Both the position numbers and the translations under genes were made by a program. The notes under the pieces are model-generated. The model was not told the DNA's origin. It ran no database searches and worked only from the letters and a program-made list of their open reading frames with translations. A stretch of DNA of 64,000 nt from Rhizaria sp. SCN 62-66. Lineage: Eukaryota. Location: positions 1 to 64,000 of the forward strand of contig MEDY01000045.1 in NCBI GenBank assembly GCA_001724265.1. Direction: 5' to 3'. Of this stretch, positions 1 through 13,100 are shown in pieces (within the stretch, counting starts at the first letter, position 1; the number at the start of each line of letters is the position of its first letter).

Positions 1-209
1 TTTTGCTCTTTGCGTGTTGTTGTATTATGTATTGCTGTATGATGAAACTGCCGCTATAGCTTTGCGATATACTTGCTGTATTCGCAGAGTCCCTCGATAT
101 GCAGCGAACTCCCTCACCCGTTCTATCACGTTCTTTCGCTTTCTCGCTCTTTTTCTCTCGTCTCCCCCCTTTTCCCTTAATTTTCGGTATGTTCCCTTTG
201 CTTGCAAAT

Positions 210-561
210 ATGCCTCCTCGCGCTAATCGTAACATCAACCAACAACAACAGCAACCTGCTGCTGCTGTTGCTGCTGCTGTTGCTGCCCCTGTTGCTGCCC
301 CTGTTGCTGCCCCTGTAAATCGCCGCTTTACCAACTACTTGATGTCCAAGTTCATCCACGACACAACTGCCGACCTCGTCGGCCAGATGATGCGGCAGCT
401 TGCGGAGCGAGCGCGACCGCGAGCGCGACCGCGCGCAGGCCGAGCGTGACCGCGCAGTTGTCGCGCGCTTCGATCGCGTCGAGGTCATACTCGACAGGCT
501 CGTTCGGTCCACGAATGCTGTGCGTAATGCGTATGTCGCTGAGGACGACGACAATAACTGA
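210..561 (+). pseudogene. Small ORF with an apparent frameshift at ~408 (pseudogene or assembly error); hypothetical protein
   Basis: ATG 210 gives MPPRANRNINQQQQQPAAAV...MMRQLAE. After GCG GAG C, the +1 frame from 409 reads ERDRERDRAQAERDRAVVARFDRVEVILDRLVRS...EDDDNN-TGA (559-561), a more protein-like continuation than the original frame. Confidence 0.4.
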
Positions 562-1057
562 GCCTCAGCAGTGGAATGGAGTAACCTAGAGTGGAGTATC
601 CTAACCTTGTTCAGTTTTTGAGGCTGAATCGATATCGATTGGTGATGAAGACTCAGTCTGGCTGTCACGCTCAGTTGAGGAAAAACAGAAACCAGAACAG
701 TGTAGATCTAATCCCCCGGTAAAAAATAAATACATTCATAAGCTTACATGTATAACTTCATGAAACTCTGTTGTGATGTGGAGACATATCATTACATTGC
801 ATAGGAGCGATAACGTAAGCAATTACGAATCTTCATTGCTAAGGGAGTGAGGCAGATGCTTGGTGATTGTTACATTGCGTAGAGAAATGTTTCTTTATTG
901 ACATAACTTAGGAAGCTTAAGCTTCTGAAATAAAATATTGGACTAACGATTAGTCATGAGTAGCTTTGTAGAGATTGTTGACACTTTTTACTAGTCGTTG
1001 AGAAGTGTTTGTTTATCGTTGTTTTGTCTTTGTTCTGATTGATGCTTTCTTTCGCAG

Positions 1058-3394
1058 TTACTGCGTGAAGCTCGGCAACAGCGGTGCGGCAGGCACGAGT
1101 TGGTTTGAATCAATAGGTTTCGGCATCAGAATCGCCGCTGCAACTTCACCAGGACTGTTGCGCGCCGCATCATCAACAACGCCTTCAGCACCCACACGAA
1201 CAACGAGTTGTTCTTGCTGCGTAGGCGGTGGCATGGCGCCAAGCTGCGAGCGCGACTGCGGCATCAGTGCCGCCGGCCCAGTCTCGAGCTGCTGCGCATG
1301 CACAAGCGACGCCAGAGTCGGTGTCATGAACCCCACGCTACCCGTGCCGCTCAGAGAGCTGCTTCTACCGCTACCGGGCGCTGGGTTTATGTTCTTGACT
1401 CTAAGCCCCAGTCCAAGGCCGAGTCCAAGCGCGTGGCGGCCGCCAAAGTTGGGGTTGTGTTCGTGCTTCTGATCGATGGTGTAACCGTTGTTGATAAGCA
1501 ACGGCGACTGTTGCAACACATCGTCACTATCGATACCGCTGCTTGAGCTGTTGATCTTGTTGTTCTGGTTCGCGTTCGGATCATCGTCGAACATACCATG
1601 AGCGGACTCCGGGATCACGCGCATCTCCCTCACCTGTCTCCCGCTGTTGTCCATACTCACAGGCGCGTGCGCACTGGTGGTCGAGACAGAGCCACCACCA
1701 ACTGTGACGGAGGTGCTCGGGGCTTCACTGAGCGGACGCGGCGAGGTCACCAGTGGCGGCGAGAAGATGAGCGTGCCGACCGGGCCTGCGTCAGTCACTG
1801 TGCCCGCGGCAGCAGCAGCGGCAACGGTGACGGGCGAGTAATAGCGACGGGGACTGTGGCTGCGGCCCTGTCCTTGTGGAGCTGTGGTTGAGTGACTGTG
1901 CGCAGAGGGAGACTGACTGTGAGCAACTGGAGACGCGTGGCCGTGAGCTGACTTGCTCCCACTAGCGCTTCTAGACTGACTGTGACTGCGGATGTGGCCA
2001 TGGACCTCAGACTGGGCGTGAGCAGCAGGGTGAGTGTGGCTGTGAGGAGTGGCAACATCATCAGAAGCAGAGTGAGTGTGAACACCCTAGTTGAGGCGGG
2101 CGACTGACACTACGACCGGCAAAGGAGCAGGTGCAGGAGCCAAAACAGAGGCGAGCGCAGGCATTGCCACCGGGGCCGTGAGCATCGGAGAAGGAGCATG
2201 AGGGAGTGTTGTCATCGACGCATGAATTTGCGGCAACTGTCCAGTCCGTTGCTGTTGTTGCTGTTGATACGAGGCCAGATACGACGAGACTTGAGCTTGT
2301 GTCTGCGCAAAGCGAGCGAGAGTTGCAGAACTCAACAGGCCGCTTGCATTGGTTGCAGCATTCGATGTCGCAGGAGCAGAAGCAGCGGGCGAGGCAACAG
2401 GCGAGGCGTATTGAAAAGTTGGCTGCGAGACTTGCTGTGAAGCAGGTGTGAGAGATACAGCGCTAATCTGCTGCTGCTGCTGCTGAGGTAATGCACGTGA
2501 TTGCGCAGCGGCAGATTGTGGTGACGAGAAGTTGGGGTACGGGTAGTGCAGCTCACTGTCAACAGCAGCATTACCACTGATACTTCCTCCGCGTTGCACG
2601 TTAAGTGTCGCCTGCTGATGCTGCTGGAGTTGCAGCTGGTGCTGCTGCAGGAGCTGCTGCTGTTGTTGCTGTTGCTGCAACAGCAACTGCTGCTGTTGCA
2701 TCAAGAACTGTTGCTGCTGCTGTTGCTGCAGCTGCGACAGCGACTGTGACAGACTCGTTGTCGCCTCATCACGGTACGAGAACGCAAACGCATTGTCACC
2801 AACAGGGGGTGAGAAGAGCGTTGACGGAGACAGGAAACCGCCGGGATTAGTCGAAACACTGTGAGAAGTACTCCGAACACCTCCACTTGCACCTACAGCA
2901 TTAGGAGCAGAAGCAGCCGTGTTTGCATTGCGCACAGAAGTGCCTATAGAAAGCGCACCCATAGTGCCGGCAGTCCCCTGCAACACCGCCGCTGCGGCCG
3001 CTGCCATCGAGGCAGAGCCCACAGGCGCAGCGGCGGCAACAGCCTCAGCTGCAGCCTTGTCGGCCGCAGCAGCTGCAGCGCCTGCCTGATAGGCCAATGC
3101 ACGCTCTGCAAGGGAGCTTGCGCGAGGCCGCACGTTGGCTTGAATGTAGGTGGCGTCCGCGGTTGGGAGGCATCTTTTCTCTTGGCCTGTTAGAGGCTTG
3201 CGGGGTGAAGCTTCCGACATAGATGCAGCGGACACAACAGGAGCAGGTGCGGGAGCAGGAGCTGCGACAGTCGCAGCGGCACCACCAGCTCCCGAAGAAG
3301 CAGCAGGTGCAAACGCGTGCGATGCGACACCATGCGGCTGCGCAGTTGTGCTCAGCATCGCTCCAAGCGCCGGCGACTGCGAATTAGACTGTGC

Positions 3395-3427
<33 letters not shown>

Positions 3428-3428
3428 T

Positions 3429-3461
<33 letters not shown>

Positions 3462-6400
3462 GGTGACAGGTGTGCGCGTTGCGCTGAGGCAGCGCCCGCG
3501 GTAGCAAGCGGCCGCTGCGGCGTTGCAAACGTAGCGCCAGTGCTCGTTGCGCTCGCGTTCGGCTGACTCAACGGTGAGCGAATAGGGGGCTTCTGAGCGC
3601 TCGAACTAGCTCTCGCAACAGCAGCCGTGGCAACGGACGTGGCTGAAATCATGGGTGACGAGGCGTGACGCTGTGCCACGGGCGTGGGCCCAGTAACAGG
3701 CACAGGGGCAGCCTGAGAGGCAGAGGCCGCAGCAGGAGCTGGCGCAGGCGCAGGTGCAGGCGCCGAGGCAGAAGCTGAAGCGGAAGCAGATGCAGCGGGA
3801 GCAGGCGCGGGGCTCGGGTAAACGAGGTCCGACTCGAGCTCTTCTGACGAGCGCACAAACGAGCCGACAGCGCCAAAGTAGCCCTCGTGCTTCAGAAAGA
3901 TAGCTTCGATGGTGTTGGAAGACCAGTATGTCAGCGCATACGCAAGCATACGCATCGCGAGCAAGTTGTTCCGCAAGAAGTTTCCGACGAAGACGACTGA
4001 CGGTACGCGCAGCACTTGCCTGGCGTAGAGGTGTGCCAGCGAGCAGATGTTGTTAGTGATCATCACAAGCGCCGCCTTAGCAAGGTCTTCACGGGAGACT
4101 TGGTCGTATGTCTGCGGCTTGACAAGCTTGCCAAAAGATGCAGCAATCGTGTCACCAGAGAGACCAAGCGAGGAGTAGTCCCTGCCGTAGATGTCACTCA
4201 CGAGCAGGTCCACCTTGGAGCCCTTGCCGTGGTGCGCGAGCGCCAGCGCGGCCGAGAATGACGTGCAGCCAGTGAGCGCACGGCAGAGGCCGTAGAAAGT
4301 GCCACCTCCGAGCGAGGAACCACCGACACGAGAGTACTTCATGCCGGACTCGACCTTAAGGATGGACACACCGGTACCGATGTTGACGAGGAGGAACGGG
4401 AACGCGGGAGGATCGCGCGTGTACATCTCGAGCTCCTCATGAAACAAGTAACGCTTGAAGGAGAAACATTCGCCAGCGCAATGACGGATGAGGAAGTCAA
4501 CACCGCGAACGAGAGACTTCATCTCGTCAACGACAACAAAGCCGTATTCATCGTCTTCTTCGTCTTGCTCATCCTCCTCAGGCTCGTCGTGATCTTGCTC
4601 TCCATCAGGACCATAATATATACCAGCAGTACTCGCGCTTTCTTCCTCACCAGCATCGTAAAACTCTTGCTGGCTTTGGTCAACAGCAGAGCTACCCACC
4701 TCTGGCTGTGCCTGTGTCCGAGCTTGCGCTTGAGCGTTGGCATCAGCGCGGGCGTAGGCTGTTTGTGCGAGCGCCGTCAACCTGGCAACCTCACTACTCA
4801 TCGCTGCACTCGTCGCCGCAATCGCATCACCCACCTTCACACCACTAGCGCTAACAACACCAGTGCTGCCGTTGTACACGGACATCGCTGACTCGGCCGC
4901 GGTCTCCGCAGCTTCCGTCAAAGCCTCAGCTTCAGCCTTTGCGAGCGCGCGCCGTTCCGCCCGCGCCTTCGCGCGCGTCACACGCAGCAAGTCCCTCCGC
5001 TCGGAGCGCGCGAGCTCGATCTGACGATCAAACTCGCGTTGATACTTCACAGCACCACCACCGGTTGCGAACACCATCACAGGACACAACCCGTTTGAGT
5101 CGACAAGCTCAAAGAACTGAGAGATCCGCGCAGACTCAAACTTGAGGAAGTGGAACGTGCCGTCAAACCGGTGGGACTTGATCTCAAGCTCTTCACTGCG
5201 GCGCCCAGTCTGTCCGTACGTCATGTGCGAGAGGATAAACGCGTCGAGATTAATCTTCTTGCGCGCCTGACTCGCACACGGGTGATTAGGCGAGAAGTAG
5301 CAGATCTTCGACAGTGTGCCGCCCATATCGATGCCGACGCGGATGCTCGGCCATGCAGTCACGGGCAGCGACGTGAGCCGCGACTGCAGGTCTGAGACGA
5401 CGGTGTCGTGCGCGACGCGGAGAGCCGCCAGAACGGGCTCGTTAGAGCGGAACCGCTCGTCTTCTGAAGAGCGCGAGCCGGCGTGGCGGTGCTCGGTGGG
5501 GACGCCGGGGTGACGCAGGAACGCGGGCGGAGCAAAGCCGCGATAACCGCCAACATTACCGCTACTACTACTGCCGCTGGCAGCGCTTGCACTCGTGTTC
5601 GCGCTTGCACTCGCACTCGAGCTCGTGCTGTTGTTGGCAGCTTGACTGTTAACGTTGCTGTAGTTATTGGCGCTCGTATTGGTGTTCGTGGCATTGCTGT
5701 TATTGTAATTCTGAGCAAAGTCAGGTTGAGCTTGCGCTTGCGTTTGTGCTGCGTGGCCGTGAGTCTGACTGTAGCCGTGAGTATGACTGTGAGCAGCAAT
5801 CTGGCGACTCGCCACAGTAGCATTCGTGGACTGCTGTTGTTGTTGTTGCTGTGTGGCGACAGCAGGAGCCGAAGCAGGAGCCGCGGTCGTCGCGCCAGTC
5901 GGGTTGACAGCACTTGCGGACATTGTCGCATTGGCGGAGATCAAGACGTCCGCAGGCGTCGTCGGCGTGCGCGCTGCGACATCATAGGCAAGCATCAGCG
6001 GCGGCGGACGAGGGTGAATAGGATGCAACTCGATGTTCTCATCGGCGTTGGGGAGGGCACTACCTGCGGTGGCGCTGATACCGGAGCCCGCAGGAGCAGC
6101 AACAGAGGTACTCACGGCCGCACCAGCGTGTGCAGGCGCAATAGTGCTGCCTGTGACAGCAGGGTTTGCAAGGGTGCTCGAGTTCGCGTTCGAGGCGGTT
6201 TGGGGACTAGTTACACGGCCAACCAGCAGGTCACTCGCCGTCGTCACATATCCAGCGCCAGTGCTGCTGCTGCTGCTGCTGCTGCTATGAACGGCCGTGA
6301 CGCCAGCGCCAGTGACGCGCGCAGCGTACTCGTGCACAGTGCGCGTGTACACGGCCAGCTCGGCCAGGTAGTGCTGGTGAGCCTCGTGCTGCAGCCGCGC

Positions 6401-8923
6401 GTGCTGGACGAACGCCTCAGGGGGCTGGCCGGGGGCGGGCGGCGGCACGGGGTGGAACAGCGGCGGCGCGGGCGGCGCCAGCACCACAGCGCTGGCAGCA
6501 GAAGCGGTTGAGCCGAGGGAAGATGCCGGGGCATGGAAGGAGCTAGAGGCAGGAGCAGCTGAGGTTGCGTAGGCCGGCGCTGTTGGAGCGGGCAGCGGGG
6601 AGATGTTACTGTGACTACTCGCAACGCTTGTGTGGGACATAGCATACTGATGCTTGTTCGGAGAAATCGACGCAGTGTTGTTGTTCGCGGGCGCAAGCTG
6701 GGGGCTCGGCGCAAGACTACTCAGTTTGTTCCCGCTGCCGCGATTCGCGCTGCTTCTCTGCAGTCCGCCGCTCACACTCGCGCTTGCGGTCGTCGCAGTT
6801 GCGCTGGCGTTGTTCGGAAGTGCGTACTTCTCCTTCAGCTCAAGCTCGAGCGCTTCAGCCGCAGCGAGGGCCTCCGTGGCTGCCTCCCCCGCAGCCGCGT
6901 TGGCCGCCGCACGGGCCCGCGCGTCGGCCGGCGAGCGCAGAGCACGGGCCAGAATCATAGTGTGGCCGCTGCTGTCGGTCATATACCGCGACTGCGACTG
7001 CGCGGCCGGGATCCCGCCGACAGGCGCCGCGACAGACGCAGCACCAGCGTTCTGACTTGACGCGCTCACGACGCTGGTGTGAGGGCTGCTGGTGGCGGCC
7101 TCAGTCGCAGGGACGGGAAGCGAGACAGGGACGAACGAGGCCGAGTTCGAACCAGACATCGCAACAAGAGCGGCAGATGCAGGACTCTTGCTGCCTCTAC
7201 TGCTAATATTGCTGCTAGTAGTGGCACTAGCTTGAGCAGCTGAGAACGGAGTAGAAAAGCCAGAGTTGCTAGCAGGAGCTGCGTTGCTCCTGTTTGCAGC
7301 AGCAGCGGCAGCAGCAGCAGCGGCAGCTTCATGTTGCGCTTGGTGGCGACTTAACTTTGCAGCGAGAGACTCTGCGAAGATATCATCGCCAACACTCAGC
7401 GATGCGTCGCTGACGTTGCTATGTCCTTCGTAGTCTTCGTGGTCCTGGTTCTGGTTCTGAGCGTTGTTCACCGTCGTGACAACGTTGGTATTCGTGTGCA
7501 TATTGTTTGCTGTAGTCGCATTGAACGAAGCGTACGCTGAAGCCAACACAGGCGGTGCCAGAGGACGACCGTGAGTGGCGACGTTGTTGTTGAAAGAGAG
7601 AACCTCTGCAGTCATCGGAGCCTCCGTAAAGCCAGCGTGGCTGTGAGCTGCAACACTCGGGAGACCGTGCGCGCTAGCAGCGGCAGCAGTAGCAGCGTTG
7701 TCGTGGTGATTGTGGGCGCCACTAGCTGCTTGATGCTGCACATTATGCGCAGAATGATTGTTGGTGCTCTTGTTGTTGCTGTAGTTGATATAGTCATCGT
7801 CATCAGCGTTGGTGGACACATAGCCCCAGCCACCGCCGCCGCCGCCTTCACAGTCTTCATCATTGTCGCCATTGTTGTCGTTGCTGTAGCTACGCATGCG
7901 CTGCTGCTCAAGCTCATGATCAATGCTGCCGTCACGAGTGGTGACGTTGTTTTCGTCGCCGACACTGTGAACAGCGTGTCCGTTATTATGGGTATAGTTG
8001 TTGCCATAGATGCCGTGCGCGTTGTGAGTAGCAGGACCAACGCTGCTCCCACTACTCTGACCAGCAAGCCCGCTGCTGCCACCACCGCTCTTGCCGTACC
8101 CAGCGGCATTGACGTTGTCGGGATTGTTGCTGCTGTTGTTGCTCATCGAGAAGGCGTCACTTGCTGCAGTGTCCACTGGGCTCACCACACCGCCCATCTC
8201 AGCCTCAAGCTCCAAGCCACCGGCGTCGATGATTCTGCCAAAGCTGACCATGTTGGCGTTGTCGCTGTCACTCTGCGGCAGCGGCGTGCGCGCGAACGCC
8301 GAGGCCGGGACGCCGGACCACTCGCGCGAAGGCAGCATGCCGCTCGGCAAGCGCTCGTTGTTCACATCAACAGCAGCAACACCGGGAGCGGCAGCAAGGG
8401 ACAACACGGCAGCGGGGACAGGAGGAGCGACCGCTGGGACGTTGGTCGCTGCGTTCGTGCCAGCAGGGGCGGAGTGCTGTTGTTGTTGCTGGAGAAGAGC
8501 AACGCGTGCGCGCGGGAACGGTGCCGCGGGAACCGTAAAGTCGGTGCGGGCAGCAGCCGCAGCAGTGTTGAGCTGTGAGGTAGAAGCCGGCTGTGTGCTG
8601 CTCGCGTTGGCGGCCGCTGCGGTGACAGCAGCAGCGGCGGCAGCAACGGGGATAGTGGGTGGAGTCGGTGAGACGAGAGGGAAGTTGGGGAACGACGGCG
8701 TGGGAATTAGCGTCGGATCGGAGTCTAAAAAGGACGCCGCTGACGCAAAGTTAGGCCCAGAGTGCTGGGACGGGTAGCGGAGTGCACCGGAGGGAGAGCG
8801 GACTTGCGGTGGCTGAAGAGGCGGAGTTGCAGTTGTGAGGGGCGGCTGAGGCGCGCGCAGGTCGCTAGCGGCCGGGGGGAAAGCGCGCTCGTCGCCGCGC
8901 AACCCATAGTAGGGGGTACTCAT
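1058..8923 (-). CDS. PANK: Type II (eukaryotic, Fumble-domain) pantothenate kinase with very long low-complexity extensions; ~2621 aa if TAG 2087-2089 is read as sense
   Basis: Motifs GIDMGGTLSKICYF, ATGGGAVKY, VDEMKSLVRG, PFLLVNIGTGVSILKV, GGSSLGGGTFYGL, DLLVSDIYG, ASFGK, FLKHEGYFGAVG. First ATG at 8923 (MSTPYYG). The frame continues past TAG 2087-2089 for 96 stop-free codons into ORF 1058..1798 and ends TAA. Confidence 0.9.
2087..2089 (-). other. In-frame TAG codon, apparently sense (PANK: ...VARLN*GVHTHSASDD...)
   Basis: Joins ORF 2087..8941 and ORF 1058..1798 in the same frame; no AT-rich intron-like sequence around it. Confidence 0.8.
3395..3460 (-). repeat. (CAG/CAA)n coding microsatellite, poly-Gln of about 22 residues inside PANK
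   Basis: Run of ttgctg units on the + strand. Confidence 0.9.
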
Positions 8924-10193
8924 AGCGGTACGCCGGGGCAAGACGGCAAGATTCGCTTAAAAAGATAAAAACTGGGAGAACGGGGTCAGTTTTCGGCTGA
9001 GAGGTCGCAGAGAAAGCCGAGTGCAAAGTCGGAAATGAGTAGGGTGCGATAACAGGGAAAAGAAAGAGATTGAGGGGAATAAAAAAATAGAAAATTGACC
9101 ACTGAGTATGCGGCCATTAAGAATTCAGCTAAACATCAGCAGAACAATGTTTACACGACGAACATAAGAAATGCCCGATTAGCCTTGTGGTGCGACTCGG
9201 CCATCCGACGTCGACCACAATCGATTCAGTGTGCTCGTGGCCCTCGGCACGTCTCCTTTTTCCGCACGCAAAACATGTGATTTGTTGATTTACTCTTAAT
9301 ATTACTCTACAATTTTACGATATTTGCAGGATTTCATGCAAGACTGTATAATTTTAAGTTGACTTCTTTGAAAACGTTTAATATCACCTTGTATACGATC
9401 AATTGTCACGCGGACTTTCTTCTACCTTCCTTCTTTGTTTCTACGATGTGTCAGTACCTGGGTTGTTATACACGTTTTAGGTCTAAATATTGTATCATAC
9501 GCAAGTATCGTTTATTACATGTGCGGGCGCGTTAACATTCTGCGACATATCTGTAATGAAGTCATGATTATGCACTTGAGAAGGCTATTTCGTCAAACCA
9601 TGTCGTATCGCTGACCTTCTAACTTTGCTGCCTCATTAGAGCCTGCCTCCTACATTCCAGAGACTTAGATAATACAAACAGCAGTAACACGGGCATATAA
9701 TGACGGTTTCAAATATACGAAATAATTTATCGTGATGCACAGTGTTTGACTTTGATATTTTTGTCTCAATGTTACAGTATAACTTGAAGAGAAGTTTCAC
9801 AAATGTCTCGCTTGATAAGGTGTAGACAGATACATGATTTCATAAAGCAAAATAGAGAGCATTTCAAAAAGCTGTCAATATGCGGTATACAACGCTCAAG
9901 TCTGCGCTATGCGTGTTGTTGGTTGCTCACAGTCGTGAACTGACAAGCGTACGAAAAATGCGATTGTGGTGGCGGCGGGGAATGGAGCCTGCTGCGTTTT
10001 TACAAAACCAGGATATCCACTTGAACACATTTAGAAATCACTTGATACATTAAGATCTACAAACAAAATGATTGATAAATACGAGGTTTTAATTATTTTC
10101 TTTGCTAACGGTGTTTTTATTGCTGCCTGTGCTTCACTTTTCACTTCGCTCCCGCAGAAAGAGTATCTCAATTGAGATCTTGCTTTCCCCCAC

Positions 10194-13100
10194 ATGTCTT
10201 CTTCCAGGAAGCGATCTAACCATCATCCGGGCCCGGCTGCAGCTCTTCAACCACCGCGTATTGCTTCCCCCGTTGCCGGCACGAGCGAGCTTGAGCCTTC
10301 TCGGCTGGAGACCGAGTTACCCGCCTCCCCCCACCCCACTCCCGCCGTCATCGCAAGGGCTGCACCGCAAGGTGCTTACCGCAACAAGACCGCTATGCCG
10401 CCACACCCTGCCTTGAAAGGCGCCGTCTCTGATGCCCGCACATCTGCCCCCAATACATCTGGCGGCTTGAGTGCGGTCTCAGAGCGCGCCGACGGCGAGG
10501 GCAGTGACAAGGACGTCTCTGGCGCTGCTGATGACGACGAGAAGGAGCATCTGCCCGCGAGCCCCCACCCCCGCGTCCACGCCGCTCCCCACGCCATTAA
10601 CACCGTCGATAGCAGCGCAACCGCGCACGGCAGTGACAGCGGCAGCGGGGGCAAGTACGAGCCGGGCGCCGGTCTGCGGTACCCGGCGCCGCACTCGCCG
10701 CAGCAGCAGCCGCGCACGCCCCGCGAGCAGCTGCCCTCGGCGCAGGACGCGGCCCACAGCCAGCTCGGCCTCGCGGGCGGCGTCGGTGCGGGCACTAAGG
10801 CGCCTAAGCACGTGCCGCTGCCACCCTCGGCGGCGGGCGCTGCTCACGGTCACTTCGACGGAAAGAAAACCGCCTTTAACCCCAGCACGAGCGCTGGCGC
10901 TAACTACAACGCCGGCATCGCTCATATCGCTGCTAACAAGAGCGGCATTGGCAGCGTGAGCGGGTACGACAAGGCTGTTGCGCACTTGCCCCAGACTCCT
11001 GAGACGCCCGTGATCACGCCGTTTACCGAAGGCGAGCTCTCGAACAACAACAACAACAATAATACCAGTGGCAGCGAAAACAAGGCCGCTCTTATCGGCG
11101 CTCGTCATAGCCTCAGCGCTGGCTCTGATAAGGCCCAGGCTCAGACGCAGGAGCAGGGACACAATCGCGGCAGCGACACCCGCTTCGACAGCAGTCCGAT
11201 CAAGCCTGCGCCCCCGCCCTACTCGCTCAGCGACGACTCTAGCACTCGCGCAAGCAAGAGCGCCAGCACAGGCAACGCGCCGAGCACGCATACTGGCAAT
11301 GACAGTGCTGTTGATAAGGTCACAACGCAGCTCAACAGCATCAAAAACGATGTTTTGCGCCGTGTCAACGAGCTGGACAACACTCTGCGTTCGTTCAACA
11401 TCAACAGCACAAATGCTGCTAACCCCCAACAGCCGCAGCAGCAACAACAGCCGCTGCAGCAACAACAGCCGCCGCAGCAACAACAGCCGCCGCAGCAGCA
11501 GCCGCCGCAGCAGCAGTATGGCACCGGTGGTATTCTCTCGACCCTGGGCTCCATCGCTGCAGGCACACTGGCGAGTTCTTTTGCGGCCGGCGCGCAGCAG
11601 CAGCAGCAGCGCTTTGACCAGCAGGGCGACCAGTCTGGCCAGCAGCAACAGCCGCAGCAGCAGGGCCAGTACAGCGGCGCGGCGGTGTCCGCCCTGACGG
11701 CCATGGCCGAGGCCACCGCCCGGCAGCACATCTCCAACGCGCGCTCTACGGTTGAGCAGTCACTGCGGAAGTTAAGCCGCGCCGTGCTCGCACAGACCGA
11801 CAAGCTCGAGGACTACACGCGCGCCGCCGAGTCGCGCGCCGCCACCGCGGTCGGCGGCGTCATTGGCGGCCTGACTTCCGCGGCCGCGAGCCAGGGCGCG
11901 GCGGCCGCGGGCGCGGTCCGCAGCGCGGCCGGCACGCTTTCGCGCTACGCCGAGGCCGCCAACACGGCCATCAGCAGCGGCGGCGGCCAGATCGGCGGGG
12001 GCGGCGTGGGCGGTGGCATTGCGGGCGCTGCAATGCGCGCGCTGCTGCCCGAGGCGGCGTCAAACGCGGCCTCCGCGGCGGTGCAGGGCGCCGACGCCGC
12101 CGTGGGCCGCGTGACTCGCGCGATGGGCGAGGTCGCCGCCGCGGTGGGCGCTGCCAAGGAGCGCGTTGAGGCTGTCCGCGGCGCGCTGCGGCAGGGCGTA
12201 AGGGATACGCGCGACGGCAGCCCGCTCCCCGTAGCCCGCGGCAACGTTGGCATTGACGCCAGCATGAACGCGGGCGCTCACGCGCCCGCAGCGAACATGA
12301 GTGACCCGCACGATATCAGCGCGAACGATAGTAACATTGAGCAGGCGGATCGTGACGGTGGGGGCAACAACTACCGTAGCGCTGTCCAGGAGAGTCCCCC
12401 TGGTGGCTACAGCGATTTCGCTCGTCACGCGCCTCGTCATGACTCAAACCAGGACTACGGTGCAATTGCACCCAGTGGCAGCAGCGCAGTGCCGATGTCG
12501 CAGTTGCCGCAGTCTACGTACCGGTATGACAGTGACCCTGACTCGATCCGCGACGCGCAGTCACACATTCTGCGCGCGGACGATGACAACGTCCGCGCGG
12601 ACATCAACAACAGCTACAGTAGCGGGGGTGCTCATCGTCACCAACAGCAGCAATACGGCCAGCAGCAGCAATACGGCCAGCAGCAGCAATACGGCCAGCA
12701 GCAGCAACAGCAACAGCAGCCGGATCAAGGCGAGCAACGCACCGCGCGTCATTTGATGTCATCGCTGTCTCAGCAGCAGCAACAGCAGCAGAGCGGCGGC
12801 GGTGGTCTGCTCGCGTCACTTGCCTCAGGGCTCACATCGTTCCTGACCGGCACTAACGCAAACACGCAGCAGCAACATCCCCAGCAGCAGCAGCAACAGC
12901 AGCAGTACGACGCCAATTATGAGCACCGCTACGGCAGCCGCAGCAGCGACCCAAACACCGTCAGCGGCAGCGTCGAGAGCCTAGGGGCCGCCGCGTCCAG
13001 TCTGTGGGGCTCGCTGCGCAACGCTCGCGACTCGATTCTGGGCATCGGCGAGCACGCATACAGCGGTGACCTAGCCGCGGCCGCGAACATGACGCCCGAG

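Noticed and set aside
250-315. Short tandem repeats (gctgcccctgtt units) as a possible CRISPR or mobile-element signature
   Set aside because: Coding low-complexity repeats without spacers; no cas, transposase or terminal repeats in the window.
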